From Chiloscyllium plagiosum (taxonomy: Eukaryota), in contig NC_057719.1 in NCBI RefSeq assembly GCF_004010195.1, positions 72,472,583-72,536,582 on the forward strand: a DNA stretch of 64,000 nt. Reading direction: 5' to 3'. This document shows positions 62,951 to 64,000 of this stretch, one piece after another. Both the position numbers and the translations under genes were made by a program. Below the pieces are notes generated by a model that did not search any database, was not told the DNA's origin, and saw only the letters and a list, made by a program, of their open reading frames with translations. Position 1 is the stretch's first letter. Each line of letters begins with the position of its first letter.

Positions 62951-64000
62951 GTTGAAGAATGTGAAATCGCGTGGCTTGCTTCTGTTGGTTAATTGATGGA
63001 CCTTGTTTAGATCTTAGATCTTTAAATTTTATTGTCACGTGTACTTGAGTACAGGAATACAGGAGTACAGTGAATAGTGTACAAAGTCGCCATTTTGCAG
63101 CGCCATCTTAGTCTCAAAAGACACGATTAAAAACAAAGGCAATAATAAACGAAGCAGTTAAAAATAAAATCCAGATCATTCCAATGTCTCCGCCATGAGT
63201 TCTCTCCGCCAGAAAACAGAACAACATATCCATCCCACAGTCTGAGAGCACTCAGATGCCTAGAGTTCCCGTATGCTGCCACAGCCGGAATGCCACCGTC
63301 ACCAAGTACCTGGGCCCAGACATGTCCTTGAGTCTCACTGCTACTGAAAGTGTTGCCATTTGTCAGTGCCACCTTGCCATCATTGATGTCGCTGCCATGT
63401 GCCTGTACTGGGACGAACTCAGCAATGTAGCCGCCGCTGAAGCTGCCAGAACTGGGCCTACCAGTGAAGCAGCTGGTACCTTGTTCTGGCTTGCATTGCT
63501 GTCACTGCCTCCTCCTAGGATCGCCATTTCAGCAAAGGAACTGTTATTCCTGAGAATATTTTCTTTTTAGAATTACTATACCTTTCTAAAGACTAAAATT
63601 CTGTTTCTGCAGTTATTTCTGTTAGCTCATTCAACATTCAATTATATCCTCTATTCAGGGACTCACTAACCAATGAAATAGTTTGCCCTATTTACCTTAC
63701 CACGAAACTGTATGATTTTCAGCATCTCTAATCACCCTACTTCTAATAAAAGGTACTATCTTCACCCTGGCATAATCTGTGTCAATCTCTTCTGCACCTT
63801 ATCCATAGACTTGCAGTCTTCACTGAGTAAAAGTAAAATTGAAATCAAGCAGTAACAAGAATTTAAATAATTATTTACAAAGGCTTGGCATTACTTTTTT
63901 ACTTTGGCACTATAATAAAACAGAGAATTCCTTACACAACATCTTTAGTAGCTTTATCAATGTGCCCCTTACGAATTTTAACATTTCTTTGCTTTTAAAT

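Noticed and set aside
40207..64000. 3' end of the expected convergent neighbour gene (STRN3 in other vertebrates)
   Set aside because: No WD40/striatin-like exon recognised in the window
1..64000. CRISPR arrays, operons or other prokaryotic systems
   Set aside because: The sequence is spliced vertebrate DNA; no repeat-spacer array is present

Overview
Repeat-rich vertebrate genomic DNA. The repeat content (HE1/V-SINE-like SINEs, abundant CR1 LINEs, Penelope-like elements) suggests an elasmobranch, probably a shark; this is an inference. The only host gene is a + strand cochlin (COCH)-like gene with 8 coding exons from 9322 to the stop at 40206, encoding the C-terminal half of the LCCL domain, a short linker and two VWA domains. 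I could not find its 5' exons in the window. The rest is mostly nested mobile DNA: a decayed Harbinger element, a ~10 kb Gmr1-type Gypsy element filling one intron, many CR1 fragments, Penelope-like fragments carrying minimal hammerhead ribozyme cores, and a near full-length L1/Tx1 LINE (~46946-59478). The standout is a 4.3 kb LTR element inserted in that L1 (48556-52870, - strand). It has no gag, pol or recognisable PBS and carries only a decayed class I envelope gene whose TM subunit has the cysteine-flanked internal fusion loop architecture of filovirus GP2 and alpharetrovirus TM. Its two LTRs are mosaic: ~2% divergent in the U3-side part and ~19% in the R/U5-side part (hand counts).
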